From the NCBI GenBank assembly GCA_030040775.1, contig JASHTB010000009.1, positions 29,545 through 93,544 on the forward strand: a DNA stretch of 64,000 bases. Reading direction: 5' to 3'. The position numbers were made by a program, and so were the translations under genes. Positions within the stretch are counted from its first letter, which is position 1. Each line of letters opens with the position of its first letter. Source of the stretch: Thermoplasmata archaeon (GTDB taxonomy: Archaea; Thermoplasmatota; Thermoplasmata; Lutacidiplasmatales; UBA184). A model generated the notes under the pieces. The model was given only the letters and a program-made list of their open reading frames with translations, made no database searches and had not been told where the DNA came from. Below, in pieces: positions 7,862-17,207 of the stretch.

Positions 7862-8983
7862 ATGCGCGCGATTCTCGTTCGGCCGCCTGCCGCGGGCGTC
7901 GAGCTCGGCGACGTCCCGCTACCGGCGCTCAGCCCTGGGTCGGTGCGCGTCGGCGTGCTCGAATGCGGGGTCTGTGGCACGGACCACGACATCATGAGCG
8001 GTCGGTACGGAAAGGCCCCCTCGGGCGATCCCTACCTCGTCCTCGGGCACGAGAACCTCGGGCGCGTGCTCGAGGTCGCCTCCGGGGTCACCGGATTCGT
8101 TCGCGGGGACCTCGTGGTCGCGACCGTCCGCCGCGGATGCGGCCGGTGCCGGTTCTGTCGGACCAACCGGTCGGACTTCTGCGAGACCGGGCTCTACACC
8201 GAACGCGGCATTTCGGGCGCCCACGGCTTCATGGCCGACGAGTACGTCGAGATTCCCGAGTATCTCGTCCGGGTACCTCCCTCGCTCCGACCCGTCGCGG
8301 TCCTGCTCGAGCCGCTCAGCGTGGTCGAGAAGGCGGTCTTCCAGGGCCAGCGCGTGCTCGACCGGAAGGAGCCGACCCCCGGTGACCCGAAGACGGCGAC
8401 CCCGACGGCACTGGTCGCCGGGACCGGGGCGATCGGAATGCTCGCCACGTTCGTCCTGCGGGTTCGAGGCTACGAGGTGGTGGCGATCGACCGGCACGGT
8501 GAGGAAACGCTCGCGGCGACCCTGCTCGGCCTCGTCGGCGCGAGGCACGCGAACGTCGCCGGGGGGATGCAGGCGCTCGGGGATCAGACGTTCGACCTTG
8601 TCATCGAAGCGACCGGTTCGGTCGCGCTCGATTTCTCGCTCATCGACCGCCTCGGCCCGAACGGGGTGCTCGTCCTGACCGGGATCCCGGACGCGGGGGA
8701 GCCTCCCGCCTCCGTGGCCGGCGGAGCCCTCCTCCGCGACCTCGTCCTGGGAAACCAGGCGATCGTCGGGTCGGTCAACGCCAATCGTACCTACTTCGAG
8801 TCGGGCCTACGAGACCTGACGGTCTTCGAGGAGCGCTGGCCGGGCGCGGCCCCCCGGATGGTCTCCGCCCGTCGCCCGTTCGAGGAGTACCGAACCGTAC
8901 TCACGAGCCGGACGCCCGGGACGATCAAGTCGGTGCTCACCGTCCGGCCGGACGGGGCCCTCGCGCCCCCGGGTAGCCCCTAG
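7862..8983 (+). CDS. gdh: Zn-dependent glucose 1-dehydrogenase
   Basis: GVCGTD, LGHENLG, VRRGCGRCRFC...DFCETG, ERGI, EPLSVVEKA, GSVNA. Confidence 0.93.
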   Translation: MRAILVRPPAAGVELGDVPLPALSPGSVRVGVLECGVCGTDHDIMSGRYGKAPSGDPYLVLGHENLGRVLEVASGVTGFVRGDLVVATVRRGCGRCRFCRTNRSDFCETGLYTERGISGAHGFMADEYVEIPEYLVRVPPSLRPVAVLLEPLSVVEKAVFQGQRVLDRKEPTPGDPKTATPTALVAGTGAIGMLATFVLRVRGYEVVAIDRHGEETLAATLLGLVGARHANVAGGMQALGDQTFDLVIEATGSVALDFSLIDRLGPNGVLVLTGIPDAGEPPASVAGGALLRDLVLGNQAIVGSVNANRTYFESGLRDLTVFEERWPGAAPRMVSARRPFEEYRTVLTSRTPGTIKSVLTVRPDGALAPPGSP

Positions 8984-9094
8984 AAGGGTCCCCCGGGCTC
9001 CGCACAGCCCGGACGCGAGCGCCGCCGGCGCGCTCGGTCGTTGTCAAATGTCAAATAGGTCGCACCGCTCGCACGCATCCCGCTCGGAGGGACG

Positions 9095-9490
9095 ATGGGC
9101 ATCTGGCAGGGACGGTCACGGCGCAAGCGCACGGGCGGGCGTCTCCGGCCGATCCGTAAGAAGCGACGCTTCGAGATCGGCCGCGAGCTCCAGCACGCGA
9201 CGGTCGGCTCGGGAACGGTGAAGAAGTACCGGGTGCGCGGGCGTAACCTCAAGCTCCGCGTGCTCACGGTCCCGACGATCAACGTCTTCGACCCGGCGAC
9301 CCAGAAGATGCAGCCGGCGAAGATCGTCACCGTCCGCGAGAATCCGGCCAATCCGAACTACGTTCAGCGCAACATCATAACCCGGGGGGCGATTCTCGAG
9401 ACGGAGCTGGGGCTCGTACGGGTCCTCTCTCGCCCCGGACAGGACGGCGTGCTGAACGGGGTCCGCGTGGCCTCGCCCCCGTCGGCCTGA
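9095..9490 (+). CDS. rps8e: 30S ribosomal protein S8e
   Basis: WQGRSRRKRTGG, NPANPNYVQRNIITRGA, SRPGQDGVLN. Confidence 0.97.
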   Translation: MGIWQGRSRRKRTGGRLRPIRKKRRFEIGRELQHATVGSGTVKKYRVRGRNLKLRVLTVPTINVFDPATQKMQPAKIVTVRENPANPNYVQRNIITRGAILETELGLVRVLSRPGQDGVLNGVRVASPPSA

Positions 9491-9509
9491 CGCGGACCGC
9501 GGCCCGCCG

Positions 9510-9809
9510 ATGCCCGACTATTTCTACGTCTACCCCGCCTACATCGCCCGCGGGCGCAGCCGGTCCGAGGGTCGGCGGATCCCCGAGGGTCTTGCGCTCT
9601 CCGAGCTGACGGCAGAGGAGATCGTGCAGGCGGCGAAGCGCCTCGGCTTTCGCGCCGAGGTCGAAATCGAGAAGCAGTTTCCCCACGACGTGCCAGCCTA
9701 CCTCGGCCGCGTGAAGGTCATGAAATCATCGGGCATGACGAAGGGGAAGTTCCTCCGTGCGGTCGCCACGGAGCTCTCGAAGCAGCGGGCCGCCGGAGGT
9801 AAGCGCTAG
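9510..9809 (+). CDS. srp19: Signal recognition particle protein SRP19
   Basis: VYPAYI...SRSEGRRIP, GRVKV. Confidence 0.92.
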   Translation: MPDYFYVYPAYIARGRSRSEGRRIPEGLALSELTAEEIVQAAKRLGFRAEVEIEKQFPHDVPAYLGRVKVMKSSGMTKGKFLRAVATELSKQRAAGGKR

Positions 9810-9813
9810 ACCT

Positions 9814-10605
9814 ATGGAGGAGCCCGGGACCATCTACTTCACCGGCACCGCCGGTGCCGGGAAATCGTCGCTCGTCCGGGCGTTTGCTTCCTGGACGAAG
9901 AGCGCAGGGTACGACGCGCTCGTGGTCAATCTCGACCCGGGCAGCGAGGAGGAAGAGGGCAGCTCCGACGTCGACATCCGCGAGTGGGTCCGTCTCGCCG
10001 ACCTTCAGGACGAGTACGGACTCGGTCCGAACGGGGCCCAGGTCGCGGCGGCCGACATGATCGCGCTCAAGGTTTTCGAGGTGAAGCAGGCGATCCAGGA
10101 GCTCAAGAGCGACTACATCCTCATCGACACCCCGGGCCAGATCGAGCTGTTCGCCTTCCGCGAAGCCTCGAAGGCGATCGTGGAGGCGCTGAGCGGAGAC
10201 CGGTCGACCCTCGCCTTCCTGTTCGACCCTGCGCTCGCGCGCACGCCCGGCGGGTTCGTTTCCCTCCTGATGCTCAGCGCGACCCTGGAATTTCGCTTCC
10301 GGCTCCCGCTCGTGAACATCCTGTCGAAATCGGACGTCCTCACCCCGGAGCAGCTCGCCGAGGTCTCGGGCTGGTCGGACGAACCCGGTCGGCTCTACGA
10401 GGCGGTCAGCCGGGACGTGCCGACGCCGGACGTACAGCTCTCCACCGAGCTCTTCCGCGCCATTGAGGTGATGGGGCCTCTCGGGGGACTCGTCCCCACG
10501 TCGGCGAAGGAAGGCACGGGTATGGAGGAGCTCTACCAGTCGTTCCAGCGTGTCTTCGGCGGAGGGGAGGACCTCGAGCTGTCGCATGCTCCGTCGAGCG
10601 ACTGA
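9814..10605 (+). CDS. GPN-loop GTPase
   Basis: GTAGAGKSS, NLDPG, GLGPNGA, DTPGQIELF, SKSD. Confidence 0.93.
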   Translation: MEEPGTIYFTGTAGAGKSSLVRAFASWTKSAGYDALVVNLDPGSEEEEGSSDVDIREWVRLADLQDEYGLGPNGAQVAAADMIALKVFEVKQAIQELKSDYILIDTPGQIELFAFREASKAIVEALSGDRSTLAFLFDPALARTPGGFVSLLMLSATLEFRFRLPLVNILSKSDVLTPEQLAEVSGWSDEPGRLYEAVSRDVPTPDVQLSTELFRAIEVMGPLGGLVPTSAKEGTGMEELYQSFQRVFGGGEDLELSHAPSSD

Positions 10606-10608
10606 CGA

Positions 10609-10911
10609 CTACTCCTCGGTAAAGAACAGGCCCATCCCGGCCGACGCCCGGTCCCGCTCGTCCTCAAACCGCCGGTGGAGGCGTTCCGCCTCCGGCGGTG
10701 GCAGGCGGGTCCCAACCGAACTGAGGAGTTCCTCGGCGCGCCGGACCGCCTCGGCCGACCCTTCGATGAGGACGTACGTCGCGTCGGCCGGACCGTCGAG
10801 GGCCTTCGCCTCCCGCACGGTCTGGCTCTGCCGGGAAACGAGGTCGTCCTTCAGGACGGCGTCGAGCTCCGCCCGCTTCGCCGACGGAACGGAAAAGATC
10901 GTCCAGGCCAT
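10609..10911 (-). CDS. Hypothetical protein (100 aa)
   Basis: ATG at 10911 with an AT-rich element about 25 nt upstream; protein-like sequence LKDDLVSRQS...YVLIEGS...AGMGLFF. Confidence 0.75.
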   Translation of the reverse strand: MAWTIFSVPSAKRAELDAVLKDDLVSRQSQTVREAKALDGPADATYVLIEGSAEAVRRAEELLSSVGTRLPPPEAERLHRRFEDERDRASAGMGLFFTEE

Positions 10912-10963
10912 CGGGCGGGGCGACTCCGCCGCCCTATTTGGCCGTTCGCGATAGCGTACGGCC

Positions 10964-11707
10964 ATGAGGGCTTCGGGCCTCGCCCCCGGCGTGTACGCTT
11001 CGACCACCGAAGCGCCCGTCCTCGTCGTCGGGGCTGCGCACGTCGTGGACCTCCGCGAGCCGCTCCGCCGCGTCCTCGGTCCTCGGGACCTCGACGCCGT
11101 CGCGATCGAGCTCGACCGGGAGAGGGCCGAGGTGCTGCTCGCACCCGACCCCGAGGCCCGCCGACGGACCGGCGGTCCTCTCTTCGCCCGACTGTGGGCC
11201 GTCGTGCAGCGCCGTCTCGGTTCCGAGATCGGAGGGAGCACCCCCGGGGCCGAGATGAGGGCAGCGGCCTCCGTCGCCCGCGAGCGCGGCCTCCCGGTGT
11301 TCCTGATCGACGACCCGATCCGCGAGACGCTCCGCCGGCTTGTCCTCGCGATCCCGCTGAAGGAGCGCGTCACCCTCCTGGTCGGCGCGGTCGTGGGGCT
11401 ATTCGTCCCCGCGCGTGTGGTCGAGCGGGAGCTCGACCGCTACGTGGAGGCTCCCGAGGAGTACACGGGGGAGCTGCGGCGGGCCAGCCCGACGATGGCG
11501 CGGGTGCTCCTCGACGAACGAAACGAGCACATGGCCGACCGCCTCGCTCAGTTGCGAGGGCGCGGCTTCGGCCGGATCGCGGTCGTCGTGGGAGACGCCC
11601 ACGTGCCGGGTCTCACGAACGCGCTCAAGCGCCGCGGAATCCCGGTCGAGGCGGTTCCGTTTCGGGACCTGCGCGAGGTTACAGCGTCCGGACCGAGCGC
11701 TGCGTGA
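10964..11707 (+). CDS. TraB/GumN-family protein
   Basis: VVGAAHV, VAIELDRER, GAEMRAA, LLDERNEHMA, VVGDAHVPG. Confidence 0.9.
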   Translation: MRASGLAPGVYASTTEAPVLVVGAAHVVDLREPLRRVLGPRDLDAVAIELDRERAEVLLAPDPEARRRTGGPLFARLWAVVQRRLGSEIGGSTPGAEMRAAASVARERGLPVFLIDDPIRETLRRLVLAIPLKERVTLLVGAVVGLFVPARVVERELDRYVEAPEEYTGELRRASPTMARVLLDERNEHMADRLAQLRGRGFGRIAVVVGDAHVPGLTNALKRRGIPVEAVPFRDLREVTASGPSAA

Positions 11708-12551
11708 CCTCGTCGACCGAGTGGGCGAACGCGTCGGCGAGCCGGGCGAGCTCGGGGGACGCGAGCTCCTCGAGGCGACCGGCGTCCGATAGCTCGGAGA
11801 TCGAGGGAACCACCGGTAGCTGCCCGAGAACGGGGATCCCGTACTCGGCTCCGACCGTCGGGACCCGGCTGGGACCGAAGAGCTCGATCCGCTGCCCGCA
11901 GTGAGGACAGGCGATCCACGCCATGTTGTCCACCACCCCCAGGAGGGGAACGTGGAGGTCGCGGGCCATGTTCATCGCCTTCTTCACGATGAGCGCCGCG
12001 AGGTCCTGCGGCGTGAGCACGAAGATCATGCCGTCGATCGGGATCGTCTGGAAGACCGTCAACGGCACATCGCTCGTCCCGGGCGGCATGTCGATGAGGA
12101 GGTAGTCGAGCGCGCCCCAGTTGACCCCGCCGAAGAACTGCGTGATGAGCCGGGTGACGAGCGGCCCCCGCCAGATCACCGGCGTCTGCTCGTCCTCGAC
12201 CATGAACTGGGAGGAGACGACCGAGATACCGGTCCGGGAGGCCGCCGGCTCGATCCCCTCGCCCCGGTCGACGAGAGGGCCCGAGAGCCCGTAGAGCTTG
12301 GGGATCGACGGACCGGTGATGTCCGCGTCCAAGACCCCCACTTGGAGTCCCCGGCGCCGGAGCTCGGCCGCGAGGAGGGCGGTGACCGACGACTTTCCGA
12401 CGCCGCCCTTGCCGCTGCCGACCGCGACGACGTGGCGGATCCGACCCTTGTCCATCCGCTGCAACACCCCGCGTCCCATCGCGCGGGCCGCCGCCGCGGA
12501 GGGCGGCACGGACGTCGGACGGGTTCCCGGAGCGTCGCCGGAGGGTGCCAT
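11679..12551 (-). CDS. Mrp/NBP35 (ApbC) Fe-S cluster carrier ATPase
   Basis: SGKGGVGKS, DADITGPSIP, WRGP, IDMPPGTSD, CPHC. Confidence 0.95.
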   Translation of the reverse strand: MAPSGDAPGTRPTSVPPSAAAARAMGRGVLQRMDKGRIRHVVAVGSGKGGVGKSSVTALLAAELRRRGLQVGVLDADITGPSIPKLYGLSGPLVDRGEGIEPAASRTGISVVSSQFMVEDEQTPVIWRGPLVTRLITQFFGGVNWGALDYLLIDMPPGTSDVPLTVFQTIPIDGMIFVLTPQDLAALIVKKAMNMARDLHVPLLGVVDNMAWIACPHCGQRIELFGPSRVPTVGAEYGIPVLGQLPVVPSISELSDAGRLEELASPELARLADAFAHSVDEVTQRSVRTL

Positions 12552-12616
12552 TCCTCCTCGAACGGAGACGTTGCTATATAACGGACGACCGTCCCGCCGT
12601 GCGCCGTGGGGTTCCG

Positions 12617-14752
12617 ATGAGCGTCGGCGAGTCCGAGGAGCTCAAGGAGCTGTTCCGCCCAAGTTCAATCGCGGTCATCGGCGCGTCCAACAAGCCGGGC
12701 AGGGTCGGGACGACGCTCTTTCGTAACCTGCTCGAGGCCGGGTTCCGGGGGGTCGCTTACCCGGTCAACCCGTCGTGGAAGAGCGTCTCGGGGGTCCGAT
12801 GCTACCCGCATGTGGGGGACCTCCCCGAACCGCCCGAGCTAGGCATCGTCGTCGTTCCGGCGCCGCTCGTCCCCGACGAGGTCGACGAGCTCGGTCGCGC
12901 CGGTACGAAGGGGCTCGTGGTCGTCTCCGCCGGCTTCCGCGAGGTCGGCGAAGCCGGGGCCGCGCTCGAGGCCGAGGTGGTGAGACGAGCCACGAAGTAC
13001 CGAATGTCGCTCGTAGGGCCCAACTGCTTCGGCGTGCTCAACACCGACCCCGAGGTCAGCCTCAACGCGACGTTCAGCGAGAACCTTCCGCCGCGGGGGA
13101 ACATCGCGTTCGTCTCCCAGAGCGGCGCACTCTGCGCCGGCATCCTCGCGTACGGGATCGCCGAGCGGATCGGGTTCTCCCGGTTCGTCTCGGTCGGCAA
13201 TCGCGCCGGGGTCGACGAGAACGACCTCCTTCGCTCGCTCGGTCAGGACCCGGCGACCCGAGTGATCCTGCTCTACGTCGAGAGCCTCGCGGACGGCCGG
13301 CGGTTCTTGGAAACGGCCCGGGATGTCACCGAGAAGAAGCCGGTGCTCGTGATCAAGAGCGGACGCACGCCCGCCGGCGAACGGGCCGCACGGAGCCACA
13401 CCGGCTCCCTGGCCCAGTCAGGCCGCGACCAGCTGTACGACGCGCTCTTCGAGCAGTCCGGGGTCCTTCGCGCCGATACGCTGGGAGACCTGTTCCGTGC
13501 CGCGAAGATCTTCGCCACCGGTCTCACCCTCGACGGGCCGCGGCTCATCATCCTGACGAACTCCGGTGGGCCGGGCATCGTCGCGGCGGACGCGGCGATT
13601 CGCCACGGGCTCGAGCTGCCGTCCCTGCCCGAAGCGGCCCGACAGGAGGTCGCGCGCCGTCTTCCGTCGATCGCGACGGTCTCGAACCCGCTCGACATGA
13701 CCGCCGAGGCCGGGGCGGACGCGTACCGGGAGACGCTCACGATGCTGCTCGCTTCGCCGGACATCCATGCGGCGCTCGTCATCGCCACTCCCGCCGCCAT
13801 CATGAGCGGGGAGGCGGTCGCCCGGGCGATCCTCGACGTCAAGAGCAAGACCTCGAAGCCGATCGTCAGCTGCCTGTTCGGCCTCACCGACCTCTCCCGG
13901 GAAGTTCAGTTGTTGGAGGACGGAGGGGTGCCGACGTTCACCTTCCCCGAGGAGGCCGTTCAAGGGTTGGGCAGTCTCGCGCGCTACCAGGCCTGGAAGG
14001 TCCGGCCGCGCGTCCCCGTGAGGAAGTTCCCGGTGGACCTGGAGGCCGTGCGCAGGACCCTCACCGCCGCCGCTCGAAGCGAAGTGACCGTTCTCCCCGA
14101 GTACGCGGCTCGCTCGTTGGTCGCCGCCTACGGCATCGCGTTTCCGGCGGTCGCTCGGGTCACGACGGTCGAGGAGGCGGTCCAGGCCGCCGAGCGAATC
14201 GGCTACCCAGTCGTCCTCAAGGTCGCCTCCGCCGACATCTCCCACAAGACCGACGTGGGAGGGGTGCTGCTCGGTCTTTCTGACGGCGGGATGGTGCGGG
14301 ACGCTTGGCAGCGGATGCACGAGTCGCTGCGGATCGCAGCGCCGACCGCCCGGATCGAGGGGTTCGAGATCGAGGCGCAGATCTCCGGCGGGAAGGAGGT
14401 ACTCGTGGGCGTCCAGCGAGACCCGGGGTTCGGCCCGATCGTCGTCTTCGGGATAGGCGGGATCTACGTCGAGGTACTGCGGGACGTCACGTTCCGACTC
14501 GCCCCGGTCCGGCCGCTCTCCGCGGAGCACATGGTCCGGTCGATCAAGGCGTTCCCCCTTCTCCAGGGCGTCCGGGGCGAGCCCGCGAGCGACCTTCCCG
14601 CGCTCGAGGAGGCGATCGAACGGGTCTCTCAGCTTGCGATCGACCTGCCCGAGGTCAGCGAGCTCGACCTGAACCCGCTCATCGTCCGGCCCGCCGGGAA
14701 GGGCGTCGTCGCGGTCGACGCCCGGGTCGTGCTCGCTCCGTCTTCCAGATAG
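12617..14752 (+). CDS. Acetate-CoA ligase (ADP-forming), fused alpha-beta
   Basis: IAVIGAS, GPNCFG, SQSGA, SHTGSLA, NSGGPG, NPLD; C-terminal ATP-grasp HKTDVGGV, ELDLNP. Confidence 0.93.
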   Translation: MSVGESEELKELFRPSSIAVIGASNKPGRVGTTLFRNLLEAGFRGVAYPVNPSWKSVSGVRCYPHVGDLPEPPELGIVVVPAPLVPDEVDELGRAGTKGLVVVSAGFREVGEAGAALEAEVVRRATKYRMSLVGPNCFGVLNTDPEVSLNATFSENLPPRGNIAFVSQSGALCAGILAYGIAERIGFSRFVSVGNRAGVDENDLLRSLGQDPATRVILLYVESLADGRRFLETARDVTEKKPVLVIKSGRTPAGERAARSHTGSLAQSGRDQLYDALFEQSGVLRADTLGDLFRAAKIFATGLTLDGPRLIILTNSGGPGIVAADAAIRHGLELPSLPEAARQEVARRLPSIATVSNPLDMTAEAGADAYRETLTMLLASPDIHAALVIATPAAIMSGEAVARAILDVKSKTSKPIVSCLFGLTDLSREVQLLEDGGVPTFTFPEEAVQGLGSLARYQAWKVRPRVPVRKFPVDLEAVRRTLTAAARSEVTVLPEYAARSLVAAYGIAFPAVARVTTVEEAVQAAERIGYPVVLKVASADISHKTDVGGVLLGLSDGGMVRDAWQRMHESLRIAAPTARIEGFEIEAQISGGKEVLVGVQRDPGFGPIVVFGIGGIYVEVLRDVTFRLAPVRPLSAEHMVRSIKAFPLLQGVRGEPASDLPALEEAIERVSQLAIDLPEVSELDLNPLIVRPAGKGVVAVDARVVLAPSSR

Positions 14753-15110
14753 GCACGACCGACTTCAGCTCCTCGATCAGGTAGCGGGCGGCGGCGAACG
14801 CTTCGGCCCGATGGGGAGTCGCGACTCCCACAATGACGGAGACCTCCCCGACCCCGAGCCGACCGACCCGGTGCCAAAGCACGACCTGTCGCGCCCGGAA
14901 TCGTCGTCGAGAGTCTCGTTCGAGCTCCTGGAGCCGAGCGAGGGCCGGGGCCCGGTGGACTTCGTAGTCGAGCGCCACGACCCGACCGGCGCGGGTCCGG
15001 CCCGGCCGGACGCGCCCGGCGAACAGCACCACGCCTCCTGCCCCTTCCACCTCGAGCGTCCGCATCGCGTGCGCCACGGAGAGAGGGTGGGCGGTGAGCA
15101 AAACCGGCAG
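14679..15110 (-). CDS. moaE: Molybdopterin synthase catalytic subunit (probable CTG start; TTG at 15101 is the alternative)
   Basis: GGVVLFAGRVR, LDYE, HRVGRLGVGE, PHRAEAF, LKSVVPIWKTE. Confidence 0.92.
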   Translation of the reverse strand: MPVLLTAHPLSVAHAMRTLEVEGAGGVVLFAGRVRPGRTRAGRVVALDYEVHRAPALARLQELERDSRRRFRARQVVLWHRVGRLGVGEVSVIVGVATPHRAEAFAAARYLIEELKSVVPIWKTERARPGRRPRRRPSRRAGR

Positions 15111-15111
15111 G

Positions 15112-15378
15112 TCAACCGCCTCCGTACGGCGGGTGGACCGCAAACTCGTCACCCGGACGGACCAAAGTGCGGCCGTTCCCGAGATACCGGCCGTTCCGAA
15201 CGAACCGGCTCGTCCGAAGCGTCGGCTTGAGCTTCGGGAACTCTGCACCGAGCCGGCGCACCAGTTCCTCCGCGAGGACCCCGGAACTTGGTACGGGCCA
15301 GTCGAGCGAGGACCGGCCGACGGCCTGCCGGGCCGAGGCGAAAAGGAGCACCCTCACCGTGGGGCTCGTTCGTGCCAT
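15112..15378 (-). CDS. moaD: MoaD/SAMP-type ubiquitin-like sulfur carrier
   Basis: VRVLLFASARQAVG...GDEFAVHPPYGGG with C-terminal di-Gly. Confidence 0.92.
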   Translation of the reverse strand: MARTSPTVRVLLFASARQAVGRSSLDWPVPSSGVLAEELVRRLGAEFPKLKPTLRTSRFVRNGRYLGNGRTLVRPGDEFAVHPPYGGG

Positions 15379-15413
15379 CGTGCCGCTCCACAGCGGGGTA
15401 CGCTAAAACTTAT

Positions 15414-15443
15414 GTCAACTCGATTGACCGCACCCGATTAATA
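15414..15443. promoter_or_regulatory. GTCAA-N5-TTGAC inverted repeat plus TATA (ATTAATA) in the moaD/OFOR divergent promoter
   Basis: Palindrome at 15414-15428; ATTAATA at 15437-15443 lies 24 nt before the ATG at 15467. Confidence 0.5.
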
Positions 15444-15466
15444 CGGTCGGCCGTTGAATCACCTCC

Positions 15467-17206
15467 ATGACCGAGATCGGGGTCCGTATCGGCGGCCAGG
15501 CAGGAGACGGGATCGCCTCGATCGGCGAGTCGGTCGCCCGCAGCTTCTCCCGTATGGGGCTTCACGTCTTCGCGCACAACGCCTACCAATCGGTGATCCG
15601 CGGCGGACACGTCTGGTTCCAGGCGCGAGCCTCGGACGGACGTCCGTATTCGCCGGGCGACTCGGCCGACATCCTCTACGCGCTCGACCGCGCGACCGTG
15701 GACATCCATGCCCCCAGCATCCGTCCCGGCGGCACGGTCGTTTACGACCCAGAGAAGTTCTCGCTCCCGGAATCGGGTCTCCCTTCCGGCGTGAGGGCTC
15801 TCGAGGTTCCGACGCTCGCGATGGCTCGGAAGTACACAAGCCAGTCGATCCTGCAGAACGCCGGGGGGATTGGAGCCACGGCGTTCGTCGCTGGGATCCC
15901 GCTCGACCTGCTCCACCAGGTGCTCAGCGACTCGTTCGGGAAGAAGGCGGGTGAGATCGTCGACTGGAACCTCGGAGCGAGCGCCGCGGGCTACCATCAC
16001 GCCGAAACCCATTGGAGCGTCCACCCTCACGCGCTCGCGAAGAGGGGGGCTCCGAAGCTCCTGATGACCGGGAACTCAGCGATCGCTCTCGGAGCGGCCG
16101 CGGCGGGATGCAAGTTCCTCGCCCAGTACCCGATGACCCCGGCCTCCTCGATCATGCACTGGATGGCCGCGCACTCCCACACGCTCGGGATCGTCGTGAA
16201 GCAGGCCGAAGACGAGCTCGCCGCGGTCAACATGGCGATCGGCGCGTCGTACGCCGGCGTGCGGGCGATGACTGCGACCAGCGGAGGCGGCTTCTCCCTG
16301 ATGGTCGAAGCGCTCGGGATGGCCGGGATGACCGAGACCCCGGTCGTGGTCGTCGACTCCCAACGCGCCGGGCCTTCGACGGGGCTCCCGACGAAGACCG
16401 AACAGGGGGACCTCAACCTGATGCTCGGGGCCGGGCAGGGGGAGTTCCCGCGTGCGATCCTCGCGCCGTCCAACCCCGCCGAGGCGTTTCATGCCATGAT
16501 CGATGCGTTCCGACTCGCCGAGGAGTTCCAGACCCCGGTTTTGGTGGCGAGCGACTTTCACCTCTCGGAGGACTTCATGACGGTTGACCGAGAGGAGGTC
16601 GACTTCAACGTCCCGGTGCCTTCGTTGTTCACGGTCCCTCCGGGAGAACCGAACTATCTACGCTACCAATACACGGAATCCGGAGTTTCACCGCGGGCGA
16701 TTCCCGGCCAGCCCGGACTGCAGTTCGTCGCCGGTTCGGACGAGCACGACGAGCGCGGGCACCTCGTCTCGGATGTGCACGCCGGGATCCCGCGGTTCGT
16801 GTCCGAGCGACAGCGGATGATGGAGAAGCGGATGAAGAAGCTCGACGGCTTGGCGCGCTCGGCACCTCCTCCCGTCCTCGAGGGGCCACCGGAGGCCCCG
16901 CTCACGTTCGTGTCGTGGGGATCGACCGTGGGCGCGGTCCGGGACGCCCGCGAAGAGCTGACAGAGCGCGGTAAGGTGACCAACCTCCTTCGGTTCCCCA
17001 CCGTCTACCCGTTTCCGGCCGAACCGACCCGGTCGCTTCTCGCGAAGGCGAAGCGCACGCTCTTGGTCGAAGCGAACTACTCCGGCCAGTTCGGCCGGCT
17101 TCTGCGCGCGGAAACCGGCTTCGCCTGCTCCGACCGCTTGCTCAAATACGACGGCGAGCCATTCCATCCCCACGAGATCGTGGCGCGCGCGCTCGAGGTG
17201 ATGTAG
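15467..17206 (+). CDS. 2-oxoacid:ferredoxin oxidoreductase alpha subunit (gamma-alpha fusion)
   Basis: IGGQAGDG, IRGGH, YPMTPAS, EDELAA, TATSGGGFSLM, QRAGPSTGLPTKTEQGDL. Confidence 0.96.
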   Translation: MTEIGVRIGGQAGDGIASIGESVARSFSRMGLHVFAHNAYQSVIRGGHVWFQARASDGRPYSPGDSADILYALDRATVDIHAPSIRPGGTVVYDPEKFSLPESGLPSGVRALEVPTLAMARKYTSQSILQNAGGIGATAFVAGIPLDLLHQVLSDSFGKKAGEIVDWNLGASAAGYHHAETHWSVHPHALAKRGAPKLLMTGNSAIALGAAAAGCKFLAQYPMTPASSIMHWMAAHSHTLGIVVKQAEDELAAVNMAIGASYAGVRAMTATSGGGFSLMVEALGMAGMTETPVVVVDSQRAGPSTGLPTKTEQGDLNLMLGAGQGEFPRAILAPSNPAEAFHAMIDAFRLAEEFQTPVLVASDFHLSEDFMTVDREEVDFNVPVPSLFTVPPGEPNYLRYQYTESGVSPRAIPGQPGLQFVAGSDEHDERGHLVSDVHAGIPRFVSERQRMMEKRMKKLDGLARSAPPPVLEGPPEAPLTFVSWGSTVGAVRDAREELTERGKVTNLLRFPTVYPFPAEPTRSLLAKAKRTLLVEANYSGQFGRLLRAETGFACSDRLLKYDGEPFHPHEIVARALEVM

Positions 17207-17207
17207 G

